Made by a program: the position numbers and the translations under genes
Origin: a bacterium
GTDB lineage: Bacteria > CLD3 > SB21
Direction of reading: 5' to 3'
Assembly (NCBI GenBank): GCA_013360215.1
Contig: JABWCP010000005.1
Coordinates: 186,001 to 239,574 of the forward strand
Length of the DNA stretch: 53,574 nucleotides
Shown: one piece after another, positions 1 through 7,991 of the stretch
How the letters are laid out: each line of letters starts with the position of its first letter
Numbering within the stretch: position 1 is the stretch's first letter
The notes under the pieces: model-generated
Seen by the model: the letters and a program-made list of their open reading frames with translations, nothing else
Database searches by the model: none
Told to the model about the DNA's origin: nothing

Positions 1-2
1 AT

Positions 3-482
3 GCCGTGTTCTATATTATCGTATTTTATAATGCACGTTTGTATGCCGATGTGGTGTTGCAGTTTTTTTTCATCGGCATCAATGCGTATGGTTGGATAGT
101 CTGGCTGCGACGCGGACCTCAAGGTGAGACGCTGCACGTCAACTCAATGGATAAGGTCGCATGGCTTTGGTCTCTGTTGGCGATAGCGGCAGGCACGACT
201 TCCCTCGGAGCATGGCTCCATTATAATACCGACGCCGCACTGCCGTATGCCGATGCCTTCGGAACGGCCACCAGTTTGACGGCTCAATTTTTGATGGCCC
301 GAAAAAAATGGGAAAATTGGATTTTGTGGATCGCCATCAATATCTGGTATATCGGTTTATATTTTGTTCGGGACCTCTATCTTACCCAAGTCCTTTATGT
401 GATTTATCTCGGCCTTGCCATCGCGGGCTTGATCGAATGGCGACGCGCTTTTCGCAACTCCAAGCAATCCCTTACCAACTAA
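3..482 (+). CDS. pnuC: Nicotinamide riboside/mononucleotide transporter PnuC family (5' end lies before the window)
   Basis: Hydrophobic helices with PnuC-type motifs (LQFFF..NAYGWIVW; D...T..SL.AQFLMARK.WENWILW). Frame is open to the window edge. Confidence 0.85.
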   Translation, partial: AVFYIIVFYNARLYADVVLQFFFIGINAYGWIVWLRRGPQGETLHVNSMDKVAWLWSLLAIAAGTTSLGAWLHYNTDAALPYADAFGTATSLTAQFLMARKKWENWILWIAINIWYIGLYFVRDLYLTQVLYVIYLGLAIAGLIEWRRAFRNSKQSLTN

Positions 483-503
483 CTGTAACACAGGTACCAT
501 CTG

Positions 504-1076
504 ATGCGCGAACAACAGTATGACTCGGAATCCTTTGTACAAATTGATTTCACCAAACAACGTATCGCACTGAATACCTACGATACCTGCACATTTGAAC
601 GATGCGATTTTTCGAAATCGGATTTGGCGGAAGTTTGTTTTTTAGATTGCCGGTTCATCGGTTGTAATTTTACTTTGTGCAGCGTGGGCAACACCGTCTT
701 CGGTAATGCTGTTTTTCAAGAATGTAAAATGACGGGAATTAATTTCGAAAAAGCCAATACGGCGTTATTCTCCGCTTCATTTATCCAATGCGACCTCAGT
801 TCATCCCTATTCACCAAAATAAAACTCCGTAAAACACAGTTTGATAACTGCATATTAAAATCGGTTGATTTTACGGGATGCGATCTGACCGATGCAAAAT
901 TGTCGGCCAGCGATCTAGCGGGAGCGCATTTTGAAAATACCATACTTGAAAAAGCGGATTTACGTACCGCGTTCAATTATTCGATTGATCCGGATATCAA
1001 CCGCATACGAAAAGCGCGTTTTTCACAAAGCGGTTTACACGGTTTGCTTGAAAAACACGGAATAGAAGTCAGTTGA
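504..1076 (+). CDS. Pentapeptide repeat protein
   Basis: Continuous (S/C/A)-(D/N)-(F/L)-x-x repeats, e.g. CDFSKSDLAE, VDFTGCDLTDAKLSASDLAGAHF. Confidence 0.9.
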   Translation: MREQQYDSESFVQIDFTKQRIALNTYDTCTFERCDFSKSDLAEVCFLDCRFIGCNFTLCSVGNTVFGNAVFQECKMTGINFEKANTALFSASFIQCDLSSSLFTKIKLRKTQFDNCILKSVDFTGCDLTDAKLSASDLAGAHFENTILEKADLRTAFNYSIDPDINRIRKARFSQSGLHGLLEKHGIEVS

Positions 1077-1099
1077 ATTATTTAACCCGACCGAAAGTT

Positions 1100-1681
1100 A
1101 TGACAACAACCTCGAAAACAAAAAAACAACGATGCTGGTGGTGCGGCGACGACCCTTTGTATTGCGAATATCATGATAAGGAATGGGGCGTACCAGTACA
1201 CGATGATCAGAAAATATTTGAGTTTTTAATTCTCGAAGGATTTCAGGCCGGGCTGAGTTGGATAACGATACTGCGCAAACGCGATAATTTTCGCAAAGCG
1301 TTCAAACAATTTGATCCTAAAAAAGTGGCACGCTTCTCAAAAGCGGACGTCAGCCGTCTGATGCAAGACACCGGTATCGTGCGTAACCGACTCAAAATCG
1401 AAGGTGCGATCAACAACGCCAAATGTTTTCTCGAAGTACAAAAAGAATTCGGCACATTTGACCGTTATATTTGGTCTTTTACCGGGTATAAAACGCTACG
1501 CAATCCAAAACGCTCCCGCGAAAATATCATGGCCACTTCGCCGGAATCAGATGCCTTGTCCACTGATCTGAAATTGCGCGGTTTTAAATTTGTCGGTTCG
1601 ACCGTCATTTATGCGCACATGCAAGCTTCCGGAATGGTAGATGATCATGTCAAAGGATGTTGGAAGCACAAAAAGCGCTAA
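1100..1681 (+). CDS. tag: DNA-3-methyladenine glycosylase I
   Basis: RCWW...YHDKEWG, LEGFQAGLSWITIL, GIVRNRLKI, GFKFVG and DH..GC motifs. ATG at 1100 preferred over TTG at 1073. Confidence 0.95.
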   Translation: MTTTSKTKKQRCWWCGDDPLYCEYHDKEWGVPVHDDQKIFEFLILEGFQAGLSWITILRKRDNFRKAFKQFDPKKVARFSKADVSRLMQDTGIVRNRLKIEGAINNAKCFLEVQKEFGTFDRYIWSFTGYKTLRNPKRSRENIMATSPESDALSTDLKLRGFKFVGSTVIYAHMQASGMVDDHVKGCWKHKKR

Positions 1682-1705
1682 AACTTTTTAATCGTTGCAC
1701 TAACT

Positions 1706-1733
1706 CCACCTCGACCGGTTAACCCGAAGGTGG
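1706..1733. terminator. Hairpin between convergent genes (possible terminator)
   Basis: CCACCTCG...CGAAGGTGG imperfect inverted repeat; no clear U-tract. Confidence 0.35.
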
Positions 1734-1738
1734 GTTAT

Positions 1739-3883
1739 CTATTTCTTATTAACCCAAAAAAATCGCTCGGACGAAGCCGTCTGACCGGACAACAGATCTT
1801 TGACGGTAATCGTCAAAACGCATTCGCCTTCCGGCAATTCGCTGATATCAAATCCCACGTATTCCCGTTCTGTCGGCAAGGTTCCGGTTTTTTGTGTCAC
1901 CGACGTGATCGTCGCTTTACTCCTACCAAAAAGTTTACCTACAGCCCGCGTTAAAATATTTCCGCGTTGAACCGGTGCCAACGTATAACTGATTTCGTAG
2001 GATGTCACGCCTTTTAGATCACGTGTCAGATTGTTAATTTCATAATACACCGACAGCGGTTTGCGGCCGGCAAAGTGATCGCCGGCAAAAGGCACTACAC
2101 GTATACGTGTATCGGGTTTGATAAATTTATCTTCCAGCGAACCAACCGTCACCGAAACAGCCGGCTGAATATCACTGATGGATAAGTCGGCGGCGATAAA
2201 ATCACGCACCTCCACATCAAAACGATACACCCCTTTGCGCTCGTTGTTATTATTAATCAGCTCAAGTCCTAGAATATACGTACCCGGTTGCAATAACGTA
2301 CGCAACTCGTCTATAACAAAAAGCGGCGCGTCCCGATCGACAACGGCTATTTTAAATTCACGGTGAAGCGTAGTAATCTCTCTGTAGTTGGTGTCCAAAA
2401 TACGCGCATTGGCAAATAGAAACGCCGTACTTGAGGAATCAGCTATACGCAAGGTCTGCAACTCACGGATCGGAATCATATAATAAAAATCAACGCGAGT
2501 AGATTTATTTTTCCCCTTAAAACACGCATACGATGCCGCAAGCGACACCGAAGGAATTTTGTCCAACGTTTCAGATTTTTGAAGACCCGGTTTATTCGTA
2601 CCTTCGCGCCCCAAACGTATTTCAGTTTCACTGATAATATTTCGAAACGCATTACTACGGCTGCGTTCTACGGATATTGCATCTTCACGTGCCTGAAGCC
2701 GCGCGGCCGTCTGCTCGTAAAACGGGTGCAAGTTGCGACGTGCTTCCATCATCGCTTTAAGTTCCTGAAACTGCCCAGCCGCACTTCCCGACAGACTCAA
2801 AGCATCGGTCAACGGGCGCATTTCATAATAACCGCTGCCCGGATCTACAAAATCAAAATGTGCATTGGCGGATTCATAAACCCACGATTCGGTCCGGGTA
2901 TCAGTATAAAAGTGATCGGGTTTGCCCATACGCATAAAAACTAATCCGCGTTCATCATAACCCGGAAAGGTGCGTCGCGCGTAATAGCGTTTTACATGAC
3001 GCAAACGTTTATAATTTTCAGCAAGTTTAGCATTAGCCGAGTCGGCAAGATTGGGAGTCCGTTTTGACCAAAAGCGACGAAGAAAATCTTTTTTTGCATC
3101 GAGCGTATTCAATGTATTCCACTGCTCAAGTTCGGTTCGGGCCGCGATCGCCCACGCCTCTTCAAAAAGTTGATGTACCTGAGATTCATCCCGCAATGCA
3201 TCGAGACCTTGAAAAAACAATCGTGTACCGCGTGCTGTTTCACCTGTTTCCAAGGCCACCTGAGCCATCTGAAGTTCAAACCATCCGCTGCTTTTTTCTG
3301 TACCTGCGGCATGGGTTAGAATGGAATTGGCCTCCGTAAAACGCTCCTGATCAATAAGAAGTGTACTATACGCTGTCCAAACCGATACAAACCAAGGGCC
3401 GGAAATGACACGAGGGTTTTTCATCATCCTCCGATAGATATTTTCCGCATAAACCGGTTCATCAGCCAACTTATGCACCTCGGCTAAAAAAAGTTGCGCC
3501 TCCGCATCTTCCGGATCGCGCTGCATAACGCGGTTAATCAGTTTTTTCTCTTTGGTGTCCGCGCCGCCTAAAAGCTGTTGCAAAAGTCTGGGCCCGGCTG
3601 ACTGTGTTTGAAGTTGTTTGATGCGCGCGCCGACATACAGTTTGATCAGGACATTGTTTGTGGATGTATCTTCGATCACCGGCTTTATCAAATCAATAAT
3701 CGCTTCATACGATTGCGTTTCAGTATACGCGCGACCCAAGGCCTCCATAATAGCCTGCGAAGAGGGCTCTCGTTCGAAGGCTTCCTTCAGCGAATCAATG
3801 CGCTGATCCGCCGGATTTTCATTTTGAGCATAGATCGGGGAGCACCACAAAAGCAGAGCCAACACAACAAGTGTAAAACGCAT
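1739..3883 (-). CDS. Secreted TPR-containing GWxTD-like domain protein
   Basis: Signal peptide from ATG 3883 (MRFTLVVLALLLWCSPIYAQ), TPR-like helices, FLRRFWSKR.P and GYDERGLVFMRMGKPD (GWxTD-like core), beta-rich C-terminus. Confidence 0.7.
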   Translation of the reverse strand: MRFTLVVLALLLWCSPIYAQNENPADQRIDSLKEAFEREPSSQAIMEALGRAYTETQSYEAIIDLIKPVIEDTSTNNVLIKLYVGARIKQLQTQSAGPRLLQQLLGGADTKEKKLINRVMQRDPEDAEAQLFLAEVHKLADEPVYAENIYRRMMKNPRVISGPWFVSVWTAYSTLLIDQERFTEANSILTHAAGTEKSSGWFELQMAQVALETGETARGTRLFFQGLDALRDESQVHQLFEEAWAIAARTELEQWNTLNTLDAKKDFLRRFWSKRTPNLADSANAKLAENYKRLRHVKRYYARRTFPGYDERGLVFMRMGKPDHFYTDTRTESWVYESANAHFDFVDPGSGYYEMRPLTDALSLSGSAAGQFQELKAMMEARRNLHPFYEQTAARLQAREDAISVERSRSNAFRNIISETEIRLGREGTNKPGLQKSETLDKIPSVSLAASYACFKGKNKSTRVDFYYMIPIRELQTLRIADSSSTAFLFANARILDTNYREITTLHREFKIAVVDRDAPLFVIDELRTLLQPGTYILGLELINNNNERKGVYRFDVEVRDFIAADLSISDIQPAVSVTVGSLEDKFIKPDTRIRVVPFAGDHFAGRKPLSVYYEINNLTRDLKGVTSYEISYTLAPVQRGNILTRAVGKLFGRSKATITSVTQKTGTLPTEREYVGFDISELPEGECVLTITVKDLLSGQTASSERFFWVNKK

Positions 3884-3923
3884 AAATGATTTTTTGGATA
3901 AGATAGATTGAAAGATAATAAAA

Positions 3924-5246
3924 TTACCGACTTCGATGTTGATTCCAATACCCATACAACGGCAATCCGGTTATGATAATTCCCACACCGATCAATGATG
4001 AACGCAAATCTTCCATGACCGCATTACCGATCAAAAAAGCCGCAAACGCAATAAACACGATCGGAGTCCAGGGATAACCCCATGCGCGGTATGGTCTTTC
4101 GGTTTGCGGGTCTTTTTTTCTCAACACGATAACCGCCATGCACGCCATCGCATAAAAAAACCATGATGCAAATACGACGTACGTGGTGAGTTGCTCGAAA
4201 GTACCTGTGAATACTAATCCGCAGGACCAAACGCCCTGTGCGACAATCGATACCGCCGGTGTACCAAAACGCGGATGCACATCGCCGATTTTTTCAAAAA
4301 AACGACCCTCGCGGGCCATCGCGTAATAAATACGTGCACCGCTGAGGACAAATCCGTTATTGGCACCAAACATGGAAATCATGACCGATCCCGCGACAAA
4401 AGCTGCCCCTTCGGGTCCCATTAAAATTTTAGCCATATCCGATGCGACCAGCGAAGAAGCGCGCAACTGATCCGCGGGCAAAACATAAAGATACGCCATA
4501 TTGATCAAAACATAGAGCCCGATGATGAGCGCGGTAGATACGACCAAAGCGCGAGGTACATTTTGTTGCGGATCACGCACTTCACCGGCCACATAGGTGA
4601 TTTCGATCCATCCGTCAAACGCCCACAACACGGCAATCGTGGCAAGACCAAAAGCGCCGATCCAATGACCGGAATTTGGGTCAGAAAAAAGCGGCGTGAA
4701 ATGTTCGACCGATCCGCCGGGCACTACGATCGGAATAATGATCAATATTCCGAGGGAAACAATTTTGAGCAGCGTCATGAAGTTTTGAACGGCCACACCA
4801 AAAAGGATTCCGACAACATTGATGGCGGTGAGAAATATGATGCTGGCAATCGCCACCGCTTTTATTTCATCCGGTGCAAACGGGATAAAATATCCGAGAT
4901 ACGTCGCAAAACCCACAGCTACGGCTGCAATAGAGCCGGTCATAATCACTGCGAAATTGGCCCATCCGTAAAGAAAACCCCACATCGGCGAAAAAGCGCG
5001 GCTGAGGTATATATAAATTCCTCCGGCCTTTGGCATCATCGCACCCAATTCCGCCAAACACAAGGCACCCAACATACTAACCAATCCACCGACGATCCAT
5101 GCCGTCATGATCCAAACCGAACCCTGAAGATAACCCGCCACGGCCGCCGGTACAATATAAATGCCGGAGCCGATCATGCTGCCCGCATTGAGCATGATCG
5201 CATCCCACAACGTGATAGATTGTGCGAGTTCTTTTTTTTCTGTCAT
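3924..5246 (-). CDS. APC-family amino acid permease
   Basis: GSMIGSGIY, AELGAMMPKAGG.Y, AFDGW...AGEVRDP and RPY motifs; about 12 TM helices. Confidence 0.93.
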   Translation of the reverse strand: MTEKKELAQSITLWDAIMLNAGSMIGSGIYIVPAAVAGYLQGSVWIMTAWIVGGLVSMLGALCLAELGAMMPKAGGIYIYLSRAFSPMWGFLYGWANFAVIMTGSIAAVAVGFATYLGYFIPFAPDEIKAVAIASIIFLTAINVVGILFGVAVQNFMTLLKIVSLGILIIIPIVVPGGSVEHFTPLFSDPNSGHWIGAFGLATIAVLWAFDGWIEITYVAGEVRDPQQNVPRALVVSTALIIGLYVLINMAYLYVLPADQLRASSLVASDMAKILMGPEGAAFVAGSVMISMFGANNGFVLSGARIYYAMAREGRFFEKIGDVHPRFGTPAVSIVAQGVWSCGLVFTGTFEQLTTYVVFASWFFYAMACMAVIVLRKKDPQTERPYRAWGYPWTPIVFIAFAAFLIGNAVMEDLRSSLIGVGIIITGLPLYGYWNQHRSR

Positions 5247-5267
5247 TCGCAGTTCGACTTAATCGCT

Positions 5268-6395
5268 TTAACGAGTATCTTGTGAAACCGTTTGATAGTT
5301 TTTTTTGAGTAGGTTTTGGAAATGATACACGCCGTTTTCACACTCTACCGAAAATCGACCTCGGTCATACACGTCCGATAGAAGTCCTTTGTGTACATGT
5401 TCGCAAATATCACAATCTTCTTTTTGTACTTTGTCACTATAGGCGATATCATCTTCCGCCACCGCTCGTTTGGCCTCCGTCGAAAGATCCGCGTAAAAAT
5501 AGTCAAAGATCACATGACACCGTTCGTGACCGTCGGGTATGATACGATTGACCTGCAAACGTCCCGGTAAAATATTGAGCATAAAATTAGGCCAAACAAA
5601 ATAATACAACGCCTCGCCTTCATTGGTCTTATATACGTTGCCCTCGTCGGAAAAAGGACTGTACTGTATCGAATAATATTCATACGTCTCCGTCACATAC
5701 TGCGCATAGTCAAGCATGGACGTAAGTTCCGGATGAACGAATGGCAAGTGATAACCTTCCAGATAATTATCGGCATACACTTTCCAATTGGCGCGCACGG
5801 GATACACAATGCGCTTATAAAACGTGAGGTTCGAAAACAAGCGCCGCTCCAAGTCCGCATCATACGGCTTGCGCGATATGCGCTCTTGTGCACCTTGAAA
5901 TAACTTGGTGAGCGGCATAGGATTTTTCTCAAGCGAAACGAAGACCAATCCACCCCACACATCCACCTGTAAAGGCACTAAGCCGTAATCCTTTTTATCA
6001 AAAAGATCTACGTAGTTCCACCGCGGGATGCCGCGCAACGATCCGTCGGTTTTATATGTCCATCCGTGATATTGGCACTGCAGGACTTTATTGCACGTAC
6101 CGCGCGCATCGGTGACCAGGGGTCCTCCGCGATGGCGGCATACATTATAAAAGCCGCGAAGATTGTTTTCCGTGTCACGCAAAACCACTACCGGATTATC
6201 GGCCACCGTCGCCGTGAGGTATTGGCCCGCTTCCGCCAACTGCGAAACATGACCGACGTACTGCCAGGATTTAGAAAAAATATATGCACGATCCACAGCG
6301 TGAAAACGCGCATCCGTGTACCACGACGACGGTATGGTCGAGGCACGTTCTAAAGGTTCAATTAAGAATTGAGAGGCATCAAAATCAGGTAACAT
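5268..6395 (-). CDS. Rieske non-heme iron oxygenase alpha subunit (choline monooxygenase-like group)
   Basis: Rieske ligands CRH...CQYHGW; catalytic NWK...DNYLEGYHLPFVH and distal ED..ICE. ATG at 6395. Confidence 0.88.
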   Translation of the reverse strand: MLPDFDASQFLIEPLERASTIPSSWYTDARFHAVDRAYIFSKSWQYVGHVSQLAEAGQYLTATVADNPVVVLRDTENNLRGFYNVCRHRGGPLVTDARGTCNKVLQCQYHGWTYKTDGSLRGIPRWNYVDLFDKKDYGLVPLQVDVWGGLVFVSLEKNPMPLTKLFQGAQERISRKPYDADLERRLFSNLTFYKRIVYPVRANWKVYADNYLEGYHLPFVHPELTSMLDYAQYVTETYEYYSIQYSPFSDEGNVYKTNEGEALYYFVWPNFMLNILPGRLQVNRIIPDGHERCHVIFDYFYADLSTEAKRAVAEDDIAYSDKVQKEDCDICEHVHKGLLSDVYDRGRFSVECENGVYHFQNLLKKNYQTVSQDTR

Positions 6396-6586
6396 AGGAA
6401 ATATCTTTTTTGTGCATGGCAATTATAGAAATGCGGGAATAAAGTACACGGAATCGCGGTTAGTCACAACAGATTTTCTTCGCTTCGCTGCATAAATTTT
6501 ACCCTCTAGAAGTTAAGAAACAAATCAACTCTTGTGAAGCGGCTTGTTTTCCTTTATAATTGTCGAAATCTTTTTTCGGAGGTTAC

Positions 6587-6955
6587 ATGAAACGCAGATG
6601 GTTTATTTCTGTCATGACCGTACTGATCTTCGGATCGTGGTACGGATTTGTAAGCTGCCAGACCAACCGGCCTAAAAACATCAAAGTGCTTGATGAACTG
6701 AAGGACGCCACCATCGAAGAGATCAAAGAATCCATGCGCTTATACACCCTTTCTATGGGCGTCGAATGCGACTATTGCCACAATAAGGATGATTATGCGA
6801 GCGATGAAAAAAAGGAAAAAAATATTTCGCGCGATATGATGCGCATGGTCCGGGCGCTCAACGAAAGTACATTTAAAAACGCCAAAGAAAGTGTTACTTG
6901 TTATACATGCCACCGCGGCGCCGTAAAGTTAAAAAACATTCCGCCCGGACTGTAA
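6587..6955 (+). CDS. Small diheme c-type cytochrome, probable lipoprotein (photosynthetic-RC-cytochrome-like domain)
   Basis: GGAGG RBS, signal peptide ending FVSC, CDYCH and CYTCHRG motifs, and the M...MGV.C..CH / R.MM.MV..LN pattern. Confidence 0.8.
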   Translation: MKRRWFISVMTVLIFGSWYGFVSCQTNRPKNIKVLDELKDATIEEIKESMRLYTLSMGVECDYCHNKDDYASDEKKEKNISRDMMRMVRALNESTFKNAKESVTCYTCHRGAVKLKNIPPGL

Positions 6956-7016
6956 ATTCCAGATCCGATCATTTGTCAAAAAGTTGTAAAATCGTTTTCC
7001 GCTTTTCCGATTTCGC

Positions 7017-7044
7017 TTGACTTTCCACCCGTTTTACCTAATTT
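7017..7044 (+). promoter_or_regulatory. Putative sigma70 promoter for the RAPP ORF
   Basis: TTGACT at 7017-7022, 16 nt spacer, TAATTT at 7039-7044. Confidence 0.4.
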
Positions 7045-7086
7045 GAATTATAGGTACAGTACTTAAAGTAAAGACTTAACCATCGC

Positions 7087-7437
7087 ATGATGCGGACTTT
7101 TTTACATACGGCATTTTCCAAAGCGTTGATATTAACGTATATCTTCATCGGATATCTCGCTATTACGACGACGGATACGCCGCAGTGTGTGATCTACGCC
7201 CAACATGTGATGCAGACCGACCCGACGACTGTCCCTTCATCGGTCACCATCAAGGTCTTTGCGGCACGCCACATACAGCCTGAAAAACAATCACGCTCAA
7301 TAGCTTACGTCAGTCTTTTTGATTTCGTTATACCGCCGGCATGCGCAACGCTCTTACGTGTTGTTAAATCAACGCATTTAACGACGTACAACGGATTTTC
7401 CATAGAGCAGCCCGCCAGAGCCCCGCCCATCGCATAA
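7087..7437 (+). CDS. Membrane/secretion-targeted small protein with C-terminal RAPP motif (candidate ribosome-arrest leader)
   Basis: N-terminal hydrophobic segment ALILTYIFIGYLAI; ends ...QPARAPPIA*. Confidence 0.65.
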   Translation: MMRTFLHTAFSKALILTYIFIGYLAITTTDTPQCVIYAQHVMQTDPTTVPSSVTIKVFAARHIQPEKQSRSIAYVSLFDFVIPPACATLLRVVKSTHLTTYNGFSIEQPARAPPIA

Positions 7438-7456
7438 TTATTTCCTAAAACCAGCA

Positions 7457-7574
7457 GTACACAAAACAATCGCTTTTAAAGTGTGTGCATTCGTGTGTTC
7501 GCGATAAGCGACTACACCAATCGACATATTTTAATCGGAGGATATTACCTCATCCGAAAAAAGCCTTTGTGTAC
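7457..7574 (+). promoter_or_regulatory. Candidate structured cis-regulatory RNA leader
   Basis: GTACACAAA (7457-7465) is the exact reverse complement of TTTGTGTAC (7566-7574) and encloses the hairpins GTGTTCGC-GATAA-GCGACTACAC and TCGGAGG-ATATTA-CCTCATCCGA. Confidence 0.4.
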
Positions 7575-7612
7575 CGTATTTCATCATCTTTAAAAACACA
7601 TAAGGAAAGATT

Positions 7613-7723
7613 ATGTCAAACGCAGCTTCAACCCCCAAAACAGGTTATATCGCATTCGGTATTTATGTAGGCATCGTTGTTCTCGGTGTCGTGTCTTTTT
7701 GGATATTTGCTTTGACACGCTGA
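7613..7723 (+). CDS. Unannotated 36-aa single-TM small protein (MSNAASTPKTGYIAFGIYVGIVVLGVVSFWIFALTR)
   Basis: TAAGGA RBS before ATG 7613, one hydrophobic helix, TGA at 7721-7723. Below the ORF-track cutoff. Confidence 0.6.
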   Translation: MSNAASTPKTGYIAFGIYVGIVVLGVVSFWIFALTR

Positions 7724-7819
7724 CAAACTCAATGATAATCACATATTGCACGCGATCGTACGCCAATATCTTTTTGACGTACCAATAATCGTGTGCTCAT
7801 TAAGCCACGAAAGTTCTAT

Positions 7820-7945
7820 ATGAAAACGCATACACAACTTACATCGGAAACCAAACCCAAAAGGGATTATTTATTTATTTCACTTATGGCTTTGATCGGC
7901 CTAGGTATTCTCTCATTTATTTTACGTTTAGCCGGATTGATTTGA
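7820..7945 (+). CDS. Unannotated 41-aa single-TM small protein (MKTHTQLTSETKPKRDYLFISLMALIGLGILSFILRLAGLI)
   Basis: ATG 7820, basic KPKR followed by one hydrophobic helix, TGA at 7943-7945. RBS is weak. Confidence 0.55.
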   Translation: MKTHTQLTSETKPKRDYLFISLMALIGLGILSFILRLAGLI

Positions 7946-7991
7946 TCAACCGCTACATAATACATGAATCATTTTATCAGGAGAAGAGTGT

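Noticed and set aside
504-1076. Calling the pentapeptide protein Qnr (quinolone resistance)
   Set aside because: Generic repeats only; Qnr-specific loops cannot be confirmed without alignment.
4563-5285. 240-aa antisense ORF and similar shadow ORFs (e.g. 10910-11500, 29795-30349, 38713-39279)
   Set aside because: They lie opposite well-supported genes and have no motifs; typical antisense open frames.
6587-6955. Evidence of phototrophy
   Set aside because: Only a diheme domain; no puf, psc or bch genes in the window.
7457-7574. Assigning the leader to a named riboswitch class (Na+, Li+, NiCo, c-di-AMP)
   Set aside because: I could not match the conserved nucleotides of any class by eye; kept only as an unnamed candidate.
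7485-7670. 61-aa GTG-start ORF in the ORF track
   Set aside because: No RBS, no recognisable features, and it overlaps the better-supported 7613 ORF and the structured leader.
7732-7788. 18-codon ORF (MIITYCTRSYANIFLTYQ) between the two microproteins
   Set aside because: No RBS, buried in a hairpin, and too short to support.
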